From NCBI GenBank assembly GCA_049510745.1, contig JBEKYR010000018.1, forward strand, positions 1 through 64,000: 64,000 nucleotides of DNA, read 5' to 3'. The DNA is from Verrucomicrobiota bacterium. GTDB taxonomy: Bacteria > Verrucomicrobiota > Verrucomicrobiia > Limisphaerales > Palsa-1400. The position numbers and the translations under genes were made by a program. Of this stretch, positions 40,835-50,680 are shown one piece after another (the stretch's first letter is position 1; each line of letters starts with the position of its first letter). The notes beneath the pieces were generated by a model that was not told the origin of the DNA, did not search any database, and saw only the letters and a list, made by a program, of their open reading frames with translations.

Positions 40835-41056
40835 ATGAGTTTCAGCATGAATTCACTGCGCCCCGCTTGGAGTTCGTTTGTCAACCAGCAGTGGGGATTC
40901 ATTTTGCTGGAGGTGGTGGCCGGTCTCGCCATCCTCTTCGCGCTCTTCCTGCTGGTGGACACGTGCCTCGCTTGGAGAAATAAGCGGCGCATGATAAAAG
41001 AGTTTCAACGCGAACGGCAACAGATGAACGGCGACGGTCTTCCCCCCCGATCCTGA
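40835..41056 (+). CDS. Small single-TM hypothetical protein
   Basis: One TM followed by a basic tail. Confidence 0.45.
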   Translation: MSFSMNSLRPAWSSFVNQQWGFILLEVVAGLAILFALFLLVDTCLAWRNKRRMIKEFQRERQQMNGDGLPPRS

Positions 41057-41206
41057 GCAGCGCTTCCCAGGCAACTGAACGAAGCAGCGGCCAGCCACCC
41101 CTGTTCCCGCTGTTGACAAGGGGCGGCGGCCTGGATCGGCCAGGGCTGAATCGTTCCGTGACAAATTGCTTGGTTGCCGGCTCGGACAACCTTATAGTCC
41201 GTGCCC

Positions 41207-41692
41207 ATGGTTCATGTCGGCATCGGTTATGATGTGCATCCGCTGGTGCAGGGGCGCAAACTGGTCCTGGGCGGTGTGGAAATCCCGTACAGCAAAGGTC
41301 TGGACGGGCATTCGGATGCCGATGTCTTAATGCATGCTTTGTGCGACGCGGTGTTGGGCGCTCTGGGAGAGCAGGACATCGGGACGTTTTTCCCCAATAC
41401 CGATCCACGCTGGCGGGGGGCGGCAAGCAAGGTCTTTTTGCAGGAGGTCGCCCGGCAGGTTAACTTCCGCAACGGCAGGATCATCAACGTCGATGCCACC
41501 GTGATCGCGCAACAACCCAGATTGATGCCCCACGCCGCCGCGATGAAATTGAACATCGCCCAGGCCCTGGGCATCCAGCCGAAGAAGGTCGGCATCAAAG
41601 CCACCACGAATGAATTTTTGGGGTTTATTGGCCGCGAGGAAGGCATCGCCGCCATGGCCGTGGCCAGCGTGGATTTGCCGGATGAAACCTAA
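41207..41692 (+). CDS. ispF: 2-C-methyl-D-erythritol 2,4-cyclodiphosphate synthase
   Basis: GIGYDVH, GHSDADV and KATTNE.LGF.GR.EGI. Confidence 0.97.
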   Translation: MVHVGIGYDVHPLVQGRKLVLGGVEIPYSKGLDGHSDADVLMHALCDAVLGALGEQDIGTFFPNTDPRWRGAASKVFLQEVARQVNFRNGRIINVDATVIAQQPRLMPHAAAMKLNIAQALGIQPKKVGIKATTNEFLGFIGREEGIAAMAVASVDLPDET

Positions 41693-41961
41693 TGCCCAAA
41701 GCCGAAATCAGTTGGAAACGCACCACGACCGACGGCGCCACGCTGCAATGTTACGCCCAACACGTCGGCCGGCAGTGGGTCTTTTTCCGCCGCGAAAAAC
41801 GCTTCGACTGCTGGCAGGAAACGGCCCGTCCCCCGCTGGAGGATTGGCTGGCCTTGCTGGACGCCGTGCGGCGGCGCATCCACCGCCGGCTCTTGCGCCC
41901 GGAAGAAGAAGGGCGCGTGCGCAAAACCATTCTCGAACGTTTTCCCGGAACAGAAATCTGA
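41692..41961 (+). CDS. Hypothetical protein
   Basis: ORF translationally coupled to ispF. Confidence 0.65.
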   Translation: MPKAEISWKRTTTDGATLQCYAQHVGRQWVFFRREKRFDCWQETARPPLEDWLALLDAVRRRIHRRLLRPEEEGRVRKTILERFPGTEI

Positions 41962-41980
41962 AGCACCGCCCCGCCCTGCC

Positions 41981-42742
41981 ATGAAACAACGGCCCGTCAT
42001 TTTGGTCACGCCCAGCACCGAACACAAAGGCGCCGAGTTCGCCGACGCGTCCATCAGCCTCTCCAATCGCTACACCGACGCGGTCATTGCCGCCGGGGGT
42101 TTGCCGCAGGTGTTTCCCGCCACCACTTCCAAATCCGTCATCGAAGAAGCGGTGCGAAGATGCGATGGCGTGCTGATGACCGGTGGAGATGACATTGACC
42201 CGAAGCTCTATGCCCCGGATTTGCCGGAGGCGCTGGCCAAAACGGTCGGGCCGCTGGAACCGGAGCGCGACGTCTGGGAAAAGGACCTGATCGCCGAAGT
42301 TTTCCGGCAACAAAAGCCGCTCTTTGGCATTTGCCGGGGCCACCAAATGCTTAACGTCGCCCTGGGCGGCACCTTGCTGGTGGATATTCGGTCGCAGAGG
42401 CCCGACGCCTTGAACCACCACCGCATGGACCGCAAAATGGAGCCGGTGCATGAAGTGACCATCACGCCGGAATCGCTCCTGGGCAAAATCACCGGCCGCC
42501 AAACCCTGGCGGTCAACAGCACCCACCACCAAGCCGTCGGCGCACTCGCCCCGCCGTTGCGCGCCGTGGCCGAGAGCGCCGACGGGATCGTCGAGGCGTT
42601 GGAATTGAAGGAGCCGGGGCGGCAGCCGTTTCTGCTGACCGTGCAGTTTCATCCGGAGCGATTGATTGACGGCAACGGGGTGTTCCTGCAATTATTCAGG
42701 AGCTTCGTCGAAGCCTGCGTTCGGCGCCAGAAAAGCCTATGA
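41981..42742 (+). CDS. PuuD-like glutamine amidotransferase (peptidase C26)
   Basis: TGGDDIDP, GICRG, NSTHHQ and QFHPE. Confidence 0.92.
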   Translation: MKQRPVILVTPSTEHKGAEFADASISLSNRYTDAVIAAGGLPQVFPATTSKSVIEEAVRRCDGVLMTGGDDIDPKLYAPDLPEALAKTVGPLEPERDVWEKDLIAEVFRQQKPLFGICRGHQMLNVALGGTLLVDIRSQRPDALNHHRMDRKMEPVHEVTITPESLLGKITGRQTLAVNSTHHQAVGALAPPLRAVAESADGIVEALELKEPGRQPFLLTVQFHPERLIDGNGVFLQLFRSFVEACVRRQKSL

Positions 42743-44076
42743 AAGCAAAGATCATGGTGGTCGATGATACCGAAGGGGTGCGAGACCTCCTTGTCACCCT
42801 TTTGGAGCATAATGACTACGAACCACTTCCGAAAGCCAACGCGGCGCAATTGCTCGCCTCCTTCTCCGAGCCTCAGCCGGATGTCATCCTGCTGGACCTG
42901 AAATTGCCGGATGGCGACGGACTCGAGTTGTTGCCGCAAATCAAGAAGCAATGGCCCGACACCGAAGTCATCATGCTTACGGGGCACGCCACCTTCGACG
43001 TGGCGGTGGAAGCAACCAAACGCGGGGCGTATCATTTCCAAAGTAAACCGTTCGATACGAAAATACTGCTCGTTTCCTTGGAACGGGCAATCGAGCACCG
43101 GCAGTTGAGTCTCCAAACCAGTTCGCTGCGCAAGGCGCTGGCGACCATGAGCGGCGGCGCCGCGCCGGTCTTTCAAAGCCCGTCCATGAAGGAGGTGGTG
43201 CGCACCATCGAACGGATCGCGCCGAGCGACGTTTCCATTTTGATCACGGGCGAAAGCGGCACGGGCAAGGAAGTCATTGCCGACCTGATCCATAACCTCA
43301 GCCCGCGCAACAAAGGGCCGTTGATCAAGATCAATTGCGCGGCGTTGCCGCGGGAATTGATCGAGAGCGAGCTGTTCGGCTCGGTCAAGGGCGCCTTTAC
43401 GGGCGCGAACGTGGACCGGGAAGGGTTGTTCCGCCAGGCCGAGGGCGGCACGCTCCTGCTGGACGAGATTTCCGAGATGCCCATCGACACCCAGAGCAAA
43501 CTCCTGCGCGTCTTGCAGGAGAAGGAAGTCCGGCCCGTCGGCGGTCGCTCCAGCTACAAAAGCGATTGCCGCATTATCGCCGCCACCAACCGCCAGACCG
43601 AGGATGCGATCAAGGCGGGCAAATTGCGCGAGGACCTTTATTACCGCATCAGCGCCATCTCCGTCCATCTGCCGCCCTTGCGCGAGCGGCGCGAGGACAT
43701 CCTGCCGCTGGCGACGGCGTTCCTGAAGCGGTTCGACGCGCAGGCGGGCCGCAACCTCAGCGGCTTCAGCCCGCCGGCGAGCGAGGCGCTGCGGGCCTTC
43801 GATTGGCCGGGCAACGTGCGCCAATTGCAGAACGAAATCCAGCGCGCCGTGTTGATGTCGGAAGGAACTACCATTAACGAGAGCGACCTCTCCATCGCCG
43901 CCCAGGCCAGCGCCAAGGCCAACCCGGACCTGACGCTGATGGAGGCGATGGAGCGCAACGCCATCCTGCAAATGCTCAAGGACACCGGCGGCAACAAACT
44001 GGAAACGGCCAAGCGCCTGGGCATCGGCCGCCAGACGCTTTACAATAAGATCAAAATGTACGGCATCGAGGCGTGA
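42739..44076 (+). CDS. sigma54-dependent response regulator
   Basis: Receiver domain, GESGTGKE, GAFTGA, WPGNVRQL and HTH. Confidence 0.95.
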   Translation: MKAKIMVVDDTEGVRDLLVTLLEHNDYEPLPKANAAQLLASFSEPQPDVILLDLKLPDGDGLELLPQIKKQWPDTEVIMLTGHATFDVAVEATKRGAYHFQSKPFDTKILLVSLERAIEHRQLSLQTSSLRKALATMSGGAAPVFQSPSMKEVVRTIERIAPSDVSILITGESGTGKEVIADLIHNLSPRNKGPLIKINCAALPRELIESELFGSVKGAFTGANVDREGLFRQAEGGTLLLDEISEMPIDTQSKLLRVLQEKEVRPVGGRSSYKSDCRIIAATNRQTEDAIKAGKLREDLYYRISAISVHLPPLRERREDILPLATAFLKRFDAQAGRNLSGFSPPASEALRAFDWPGNVRQLQNEIQRAVLMSEGTTINESDLSIAAQASAKANPDLTLMEAMERNAILQMLKDTGGNKLETAKRLGIGRQTLYNKIKMYGIEA

Positions 44077-44142
44077 GAAAACGCGCTCGTTCCGGCCGCC
44101 GGCGGGCGATTTGTTTGCAGCTTCACGTGACCAACATATCAT

Positions 44143-44472
44143 TCAGGCTGTCTGCAATTTCTCTTTCCGTGGCAGGAAGCGGATTTCAACGCGCTTATTC
44201 ACCGCTGCCGCGATTCGTTTGAGCATCGTAAGAGAGTGCCCTTCGTAATCGGAATCTTCGAGGCGGCTAATCACCGAGGCGGTTGTTCCGATCAACTTGG
44301 CAAGCCGCTCTTGCGTCAAGCCCGCTTGCTCTCTTAGCTCGTAAATCTTCCGTGCAAGCTCATCCTCGGCTCTGGCTTGCTCGAGTTGTGCCGTGCGGTC
44401 TGGTTTGCCGTCATAATAGCGGCGATGCAGAATTTGCACCGCGTTCGATGTTGCGTTTCTCTTTTTTGGCAT
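44143..44472 (-). CDS. XRE-family HTH protein (HigA-like, orphan)
   Basis: LREQAGLTQERLA..IGT..SVISRLE...YEGHSL. Confidence 0.85.
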   Translation of the reverse strand: MPKKRNATSNAVQILHRRYYDGKPDRTAQLEQARAEDELARKIYELREQAGLTQERLAKLIGTTASVISRLEDSDYEGHSLTMLKRIAAAVNKRVEIRFLPRKEKLQTA

Positions 44473-44506
44473 ATTCACTCCTCCAGAATGAAGCTTTGAG
44501 AAAACT

Positions 44507-45319
44507 CTAATCGTGTCCGGCCCTTCGCGCGGCGCGGGCGATGCGCTCCAGTTTTGCGCGCAACAGGCCGTTGCTGGCCAGCATGCGGTACTGGCTGGCC
44601 ACGGGCAGCGGACGATGCCAGAACTCGCCGCCCGCGCATTCCAGAATCAAACCGGCGGCGGCGATGTCCCATAACGAAACGCCCGATTCAATGTAGGCGT
44701 CAAACCGGCCGCTGGCCACGTAGGCGAGCGAAAGGGCGGCCGCGCCCATCATGCGGATTTTGCGCACGCGCCGGACCAGGAGGTTGAAGACGGGCAGATT
44801 GTCGTTGACGCTTTTCTCGCTCTTGGAAAAGCCGATGGCGACAATCGCTTCGGCCAATTTCGTCCGGCGGCTGGCGTGGATGATCCGGCCGTTCAAGCGG
44901 GCCGGCCCGCCGCGGAGGCCGGTCCAGAGTTCGTCGCAAAACGGATCATAGACCACCCCGGCCACGGTCGAGAATTCGGCGTCCGGGCCGGGCCGGGTCT
45001 GCAAGGCAATGGAGACGCAGGCGTGAGGCACGCCGTAAGTGAAGTTGACGGTGCCGTCAATCGGATCGACGACCCAGCGCGCATTGGCGTTTTCATTTCC
45101 AGCCGCGCCTTCCTCGCCCAGCACGGCCGAGTCTGGAAAAGCTGACAACAAGATTTTCTCGATCACCTTCTGGCAGCGCACGTCCAATTCCAGCTTGATG
45201 TCGTGCTGGGATTGCTGGTTGATCTTTTTGGGCGAGGCCCGGTTGCGCCGCATCAGGCGGCCGGCGGCGCGGGCGGCGCGGGTGGCGCACTTGAGCGCCT
45301 TGGATGGGTTGGGGTTCAT
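44507..45319 (-). CDS. Inositol monophosphatase family (SuhB-like)
   Basis: GEE, WVVDPIDGTVNF and WDIAAA. Confidence 0.93.
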   Translation of the reverse strand: MNPNPSKALKCATRAARAAGRLMRRNRASPKKINQQSQHDIKLELDVRCQKVIEKILLSAFPDSAVLGEEGAAGNENANARWVVDPIDGTVNFTYGVPHACVSIALQTRPGPDAEFSTVAGVVYDPFCDELWTGLRGGPARLNGRIIHASRRTKLAEAIVAIGFSKSEKSVNDNLPVFNLLVRRVRKIRMMGAAALSLAYVASGRFDAYIESGVSLWDIAAAGLILECAGGEFWHRPLPVASQYRMLASNGLLRAKLERIARAARRAGHD

Positions 45320-46773
45320 TTGGCTTCCTCCACGCTCAAGCTGTAGGAGAAATGGTCAAAATAGATGTTGCCGCCCGTCCACTCCAATTCACCGCGCTGA
45401 AAATCGACATCGTCCGAGCGCATCGTTTTCTTGGGCGGGTCCAGCTCCTGGCAATGGTCGCTGTTGGCGGCCATGCGGAAGTAATCGAGGCCGCCGAAAT
45501 AGAAATCGCGCAGTTCCACCCGCTCCGGCGCTGTCAATGCGGCGCAGTATTGCGCGGCGTAGATACCCGCCCACGGGTCCACCGGCACCCAGCCGTAGGG
45601 ATCGAGCCAGATTTCCGTCCAATCATGAATGTCCTTGGCGCCGGGGAAAATGTTCCAGCCGCTCTGCCACCGGGCCGGGATGCCTTGGGCGCGGCAAAGC
45701 GTGATAAAAAGCAAGGCCTCCTGGCCGCAATCCCCGTAACGGTGCTCCAGGCAATAATCGCCGAGGTTGGTCAACGTCGAATACTCGCGGGCAAAGCTGT
45801 ATTGAATGTTCCCGCTGATCCAGTCGTAAAAGGCCTTCGCCTGCAACATCGGGTTGGTTTCCGTTCCAACGATCTCGCCCGCCAGTTTTTTAATTTTGTC
45901 GGTGAACACGACATGCGGCGCTTCCCGCGTGTATTTCGCCAGGACCGGGTCGCTCAAATCCGCCCGGCGCACCTTTTCCGGCTTGAGGTCAAAAAACACG
46001 CCGCGAGCCGTGTAGCTGTAAATGATCTGGAACTGCGTCGGCCCGTCCGGCGAGGCCGGCTGCTCCAGGAAAACCGACCGGATGGGGCTGGTTTCGGCCG
46101 CCAACGCCAGGACCGGCGCGGAATTGCTCAAGAGCCTGAATTCATCCTGAAATGGATACTGGCGCGGGATCGGCAGCCAGGCGCGGACCGTCTCCCCGGC
46201 CGGCGCCGCTTCGTGCGCCGCCGTGACGGTCATCGTGCAAACAAAACGATGCGGCAGCACATAGGGAGTCCCCTGCGCGCGCGCGGCCTGTTTGATCGCC
46301 CGGCTGATTTCCAGCCGTCCTTTCGGCTCGGGCGAATCATCCCTGCCATCCAGCAGGCGGGCCTTCAACTCCGGATGACGGAAATATAAATTTTTGACAC
46401 TCGTGTCAACAAAAAACGTCTGGCCGTCGATGACCCTGCCGTCGAACCAGCCGGCGGCCAGCCATTGCTTGAACTCCCGCCGGCGCAAGTTTTTGACGGA
46501 AGCACCCAGTTTTTTGAACAGTCCATCCCGGGTGAGCGAGTAATCGTGCTTGATGCGCCGGAGAACGTCGCGCTGGAAGGCGAGTTGTTTCTGGTCGGCC
46601 GCCGCCAAATCCGGCGCGGCGAGCGCGCGGTCCAGGACGGCCGCCGCGCGTTTGAAATCGCCGCGCTCGCGCAGGTCGGCGGCTTGCTGGAGGGCCGGCC
46701 CGGCGCTGGACGCCGCGCGGGCCATTCCGCAACCCATCAAAAAAACCGCCAGTGTGACTTTTGCGCGCCGCAT
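45316..46773 (-). CDS. Secreted transglutaminase-like protein
   Basis: GDCG..ALLF..LCRA.GIPAR, HDW and WVPVD triad motifs; signal peptide. Confidence 0.88.
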   Translation of the reverse strand: MRRAKVTLAVFLMGCGMARAASSAGPALQQAADLRERGDFKRAAAVLDRALAAPDLAAADQKQLAFQRDVLRRIKHDYSLTRDGLFKKLGASVKNLRRREFKQWLAAGWFDGRVIDGQTFFVDTSVKNLYFRHPELKARLLDGRDDSPEPKGRLEISRAIKQAARAQGTPYVLPHRFVCTMTVTAAHEAAPAGETVRAWLPIPRQYPFQDEFRLLSNSAPVLALAAETSPIRSVFLEQPASPDGPTQFQIIYSYTARGVFFDLKPEKVRRADLSDPVLAKYTREAPHVVFTDKIKKLAGEIVGTETNPMLQAKAFYDWISGNIQYSFAREYSTLTNLGDYCLEHRYGDCGQEALLFITLCRAQGIPARWQSGWNIFPGAKDIHDWTEIWLDPYGWVPVDPWAGIYAAQYCAALTAPERVELRDFYFGGLDYFRMAANSDHCQELDPPKKTMRSDDVDFQRGELEWTGGNIYFDHFSYSLSVEEAK

Positions 46774-46821
46774 GACAGGTGTCAGGCTAATGCGCCCGGG
46801 GGACGATTTCGAGGTATTTCG

Positions 46822-46944
46822 GTAATGCGTCAGTGACGGCGGGCCTGGGAATGGTAGGGTCGCCTCGCCGAGGCGACCACCCGGCAAGAACCACCCTCGG
46901 ACGGCTCGGCGAGCCGTCCCTACCATCCATCACTGACGCATTAC
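46822..46944. mobile_element. MITE with 15-bp TIR and 8-bp target duplication enclosing a REP doublet
   Basis: GTAATGCGTCAGTGA / TCACTGACGCATTAC; GTATTTCG on both flanks; two inverted GTAG-type palindromes inside. Confidence 0.85.
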
Positions 46945-47712
46945 GTATTTCGTAGTTGGCCATCTGCGGGCAGTGGATACCCCCCCTCCCCCTGTTGTTG
47001 TGGGGTTTGATTTAGTCTGATTTAGTCTGATTTAGTTTGATTTTTGGCTTGATTCGGCTTGATGGAAACCTGCTGGAAGGGGCCGGACCGGCAAATTTTG
47101 CCGGTGGAACGCCGGGCCGGATGGCGGGCGACGGGTTGCCGGCGGATCGGCTGGAGCCGAAGCCCGTCCTCCCCCATGTGATGATTACCAGTTTCATCAA
47201 ATGAGGAATTATCACGTTTTTTTGGAATATGCAAGAGCAATCTATCGAAAAGTTGTGAAGTCAGAATCAGTGAATCAGTGAGTGGGGCGATGGAGGCTGG
47301 GAATTGCCACGATAGGGCACAAAAAGAGCGGGCGGGGAGTTGGCCGAAGGGATTGACCGGGAGTTTCTGAATTTCCCGCCGGCCGCTCGATGGTTTTCCG
47401 CCGGTGCTGTCGGAAGGATTGAAAAAACGATTGTTTGAGCCGCCGCCGCGTTCGCTGAAATCAACGAGAAAAGTTAAAAACCGGGCGAGCCTATGGGTGC
47501 CTCCTGCGACAAAAGCGAACCAAACTATGGGTTGATAAACATTTCATTTTGCCTTTATTTCCCTGGTGATTAGGGCGGCGAATTCGATGTCGCGATAAAA
47601 TATGCGATTATGCGGGACTGACCTGTTTTCCGGCAGGTGATGTTTTGTTCGATGAATAACCAGCGATCAAATTTGCAGTCCACACCAACCATTTACATGG
47701 AAAAGACAATGG

Positions 47713-48870
47713 TCAATCGCGGAATGGAGCGATATGGGCGCTGTAGCGGAGTTTGGCCGAGCTAAAAAACCCGCCACATTGACTCCGGCGCGTGCAGCCC
47801 TCGCATTCTGGCATATATTCATTTTTCCAGTCCGAAATGCTCTTGCGGCTGAACTGTGTGAGCGCCGGGTCCAGGACGCACAGTTGATGATTGTATACTG
47901 AAACGGCCATTCTCGCCCGATGGAGCAGTTCGACGGCTTCTCGCAATTGAGGCTGATAATCCTTGGGGTCAATCCAGAGATCATTCAGGTTGATTTTTGT
48001 AAATCCTGTAATCTCAAGCCCCATAAGAGCGACATGGTCGCAAAACGTCAGGTTTCGGCGGATAAAGAGGGCCAAGTCGGGCAGACGTTCGTATGTGGCC
48101 TTGTGAATGACGACGCGGATTTCCACTCGCACGCCCGCGCTTTTCAAGTTGATTATGCCGCGGATAGTGTCATCGAACGCCCCGTCAGCCTGAACAACGT
48201 AGTCGTGAATCGAAGAAATGTCAGAATAAACGGGTGTTCCTATCATGAGGTCCGGGTGCGCAACGGCAGCAAGAGACTTGGCGTAGTTCAAGTCCTTGAA
48301 TTGCCTGCCGTTTGAGAGAATATGGAGCGCCGTCGAAGGGAGATAACTCTTGAAGTGTCGAACAATGTCGATGAGTTTCTGCCCTAGGAGCGTTGGCTCA
48401 CCACCGGTGAGGCCAATTGCTTTGGTCTCAGGAGAAACGAGAGGAATCATCGTCAGAATCTCGTCCGCGAGATAGGAGTCTTCGTTGTCCTTTGGCGGTT
48501 GCGAACACATCAAACAGAAGTTGTTGCATCGCTCGGTTGTAAGGAAGAAGTTATGTGGGGAATTCCTGCGATACAGCGTGCGAAGGCTGTTCCGCTTTTG
48601 ATTGAGTCTTACAATGTCCCCCTCATCCAAGTACGACAACTCCTGCTCCAACAAAAATGAGTTTCTAGGCACGGCTCCGGAAGGCTTTTCAAAGAAGAGG
48701 TAACCCGCAAAACCTGGCGGGATGTTTTCTGGTGCCTTCCGGAAAAGTAGAAATTCATTCGAACGAAGGGGGCGCACAAAATTCGGGTTCACCGTGACCC
48801 TGCGAACGGTCACTTCCGGCTCAGTGACCTGGCTCAGCGGAGAAACGCATGTAGATGACAATTTCAACAT
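47713..48870 (-). CDS. hxsC: His-Xaa-Ser system radical SAM maturase HxsC
   Basis: TERCNNFCLMCSQPP, TGGEPT, SISDWKN and CEGC...CGGFF; cluster context. Confidence 0.92.
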   Translation of the reverse strand: MLKLSSTCVSPLSQVTEPEVTVRRVTVNPNFVRPLRSNEFLLFRKAPENIPPGFAGYLFFEKPSGAVPRNSFLLEQELSYLDEGDIVRLNQKRNSLRTLYRRNSPHNFFLTTERCNNFCLMCSQPPKDNEDSYLADEILTMIPLVSPETKAIGLTGGEPTLLGQKLIDIVRHFKSYLPSTALHILSNGRQFKDLNYAKSLAAVAHPDLMIGTPVYSDISSIHDYVVQADGAFDDTIRGIINLKSAGVRVEIRVVIHKATYERLPDLALFIRRNLTFCDHVALMGLEITGFTKINLNDLWIDPKDYQPQLREAVELLHRARMAVSVYNHQLCVLDPALTQFSRKSISDWKNEYMPECEGCTRRSQCGGFFSSAKLRYSAHIAPFRD

Positions 48871-48874
48871 GACA

Positions 48875-50335
48875 TCACCATCGTACCCAGCCTTCCAGCA
48901 CCCTTCTCGCTTCGGGATCATCCTCCATCTTCTGGATTATGTACCGGAAGACACCCATGTTCTTCGTGCAAAATCCACTGAGGGCTTTGTGCCCGACAAA
49001 ATCGTGTTGCGTGGCATAATGATAGTCGGGGTCGCAACCACAGTATGGTAAGAAGGCGCACTCCTCGCACATAGGAACCGATTCCGCGACAGATTCCTCT
49101 AACGGCGTAAGTAACGCAGGAGAAGTCATCATCTGCTCATAGCTATCTTTAAGCAAGTTCCCCATGCAGAAGATTTTGTCTCCCATCTCCGCCTTCATGC
49201 GAGCCTCGTCAGAAGGATACACTTCACCGTTGTAGTTAAAAATGACCCCTGCTATGCCGATGCCCGCTGGCGATTGGAGGTTCACAAACCCCGTTCCATA
49301 AGGCGTGAGCATTTTCTGAAGAGCCAAAACCGTGTAGTATTCGACAAAGAAAAGCCCCTGCTTGTTGAGTTCAATGATGTAATCGAGGCCGGTGCGATAG
49401 AATGTTTGCCACTCGCGGGCATCGTACTCATCAAAGCACTTAGTCTTTATGGCAAACCCAAAAGGACTCAGACTGCGAAGAAATATGCCCCGGAAATCTT
49501 GCCTCACATACTCATCGACAATGTCGGTTACTCTGGTCAGACTCGCTTTGGTTGTTGTCATCAAAGCATTGACCCGGTACTTCCCCAATGCCTCCCGTGC
49601 CCGCCTTATGCCTTCTATGGTGATCTCGTAACTTTTGTTACCAGCGTTGGGCCTGTTGGTATTGTGGAGATCCTTTGGACCGTCCAAGGAAGTAGAAATC
49701 AACACGTTTTCATCACGACAGAAGTTCAAAATATCATTGTCAAGTACCGAAAGGTTGGTCGCAATCACAAACGCAAGGTTCCGCCGCTCGGTGATGTTGC
49801 GCTTATTTGCAGCAAGGACGATGTGCTTAATTAGCCCAAAATTGAGAAGGGGCTCTCCGCCTTGGAACTCGATCTTGATCGCCGGTGCCGGGCTCTTGAA
49901 AGTGAAGTCGATTGCCTTGTCTGCCATAAGGACAGTCATGTCGAAAGCGGTTCGATCCTCGCTCTGTCTGGAGACTTGGCAGTACTTGCAAGAATGATTG
50001 CACCTCAGGGTGACCACGAACATGTGCAAACCAGTGAAATCCGCAATGCGCTTTCGCTTCGTGCGCGCTTTAAGCGTGACCAAATCCATCGCGACATTGG
50101 AATCGGCGTCCTGAATGAAGTGCTTCGATTTAAGTGAATAGTAGAGCGGAGTATTTTGCGCGAGAGTCTTGTTAACGGTCGCCTCCAACTCAGGCCGCTT
50201 CAATACCTGCCATTCTCCCACCTCATTGACAGCCACATAACGCGTTCCGTCGAGACGAATGAAGCGGAAAGGAAGCAAACGATAGCCTTTTTCTGCTGGC
50301 AAGTAATGCGCTTGCTCTTTGAAAACGGCAGGCAT
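48875..50335 (-). CDS. hxsB: His-Xaa-Ser system radical SAM/SPASM maturase HxsB
   Basis: YRLLPFRF N-terminus, TLRCNHSCKYCQVS, IEFQGGEPLLN, SDEARM and SPASM-like CEEC...C. Confidence 0.93.
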   Translation of the reverse strand: MPAVFKEQAHYLPAEKGYRLLPFRFIRLDGTRYVAVNEVGEWQVLKRPELEATVNKTLAQNTPLYYSLKSKHFIQDADSNVAMDLVTLKARTKRKRIADFTGLHMFVVTLRCNHSCKYCQVSRQSEDRTAFDMTVLMADKAIDFTFKSPAPAIKIEFQGGEPLLNFGLIKHIVLAANKRNITERRNLAFVIATNLSVLDNDILNFCRDENVLISTSLDGPKDLHNTNRPNAGNKSYEITIEGIRRAREALGKYRVNALMTTTKASLTRVTDIVDEYVRQDFRGIFLRSLSPFGFAIKTKCFDEYDAREWQTFYRTGLDYIIELNKQGLFFVEYYTVLALQKMLTPYGTGFVNLQSPAGIGIAGVIFNYNGEVYPSDEARMKAEMGDKIFCMGNLLKDSYEQMMTSPALLTPLEESVAESVPMCEECAFLPYCGCDPDYHYATQHDFVGHKALSGFCTKNMGVFRYIIQKMEDDPEARRVLEGWVRW

Positions 50336-50340
50336 CCCAA

Positions 50341-50667
50341 TCAATCTTCCTCTGCAAGCGATGTGCCGGAGAATGCGTGCGCAAGGATCAAGTTCCTGAG
50401 CGGTCCTGCTTCGCGTCGAATGATCTCACGGAGGTCTTGATCCAAAAGCTCGTTGCAGAAGTCAGAGATGACCTGCTCCGGATTGTTCTTATCGTGTTTG
50501 CCGACGAAATTAAAAATAACCGAGAGAGTCGAGTCCCGGCCCGGATTGATGATGACGGATGTTCTGTCAGCGAACCTGTACGCAGCCTTCTTTATGGCTT
50601 CCATCGAATAGATCGACGTATCCAACGAAAGAACGTATCCCGATGGATCCCGAGAAATCCCATTCAT
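50341..50667 (-). CDS. hxsD: His-Xaa-Ser system protein HxsD
   Basis: IYS..AIKKAAY...F.NELLDQDLRE.I....RNLILA.AFS; lies between precursor and hxsB. Confidence 0.88.
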   Translation of the reverse strand: MNGISRDPSGYVLSLDTSIYSMEAIKKAAYRFADRTSVIINPGRDSTLSVIFNFVGKHDKNNPEQVISDFCNELLDQDLREIIRREAGPLRNLILAHAFSGTSLAEED

Positions 50668-50680
50668 GACCACAACAGGG

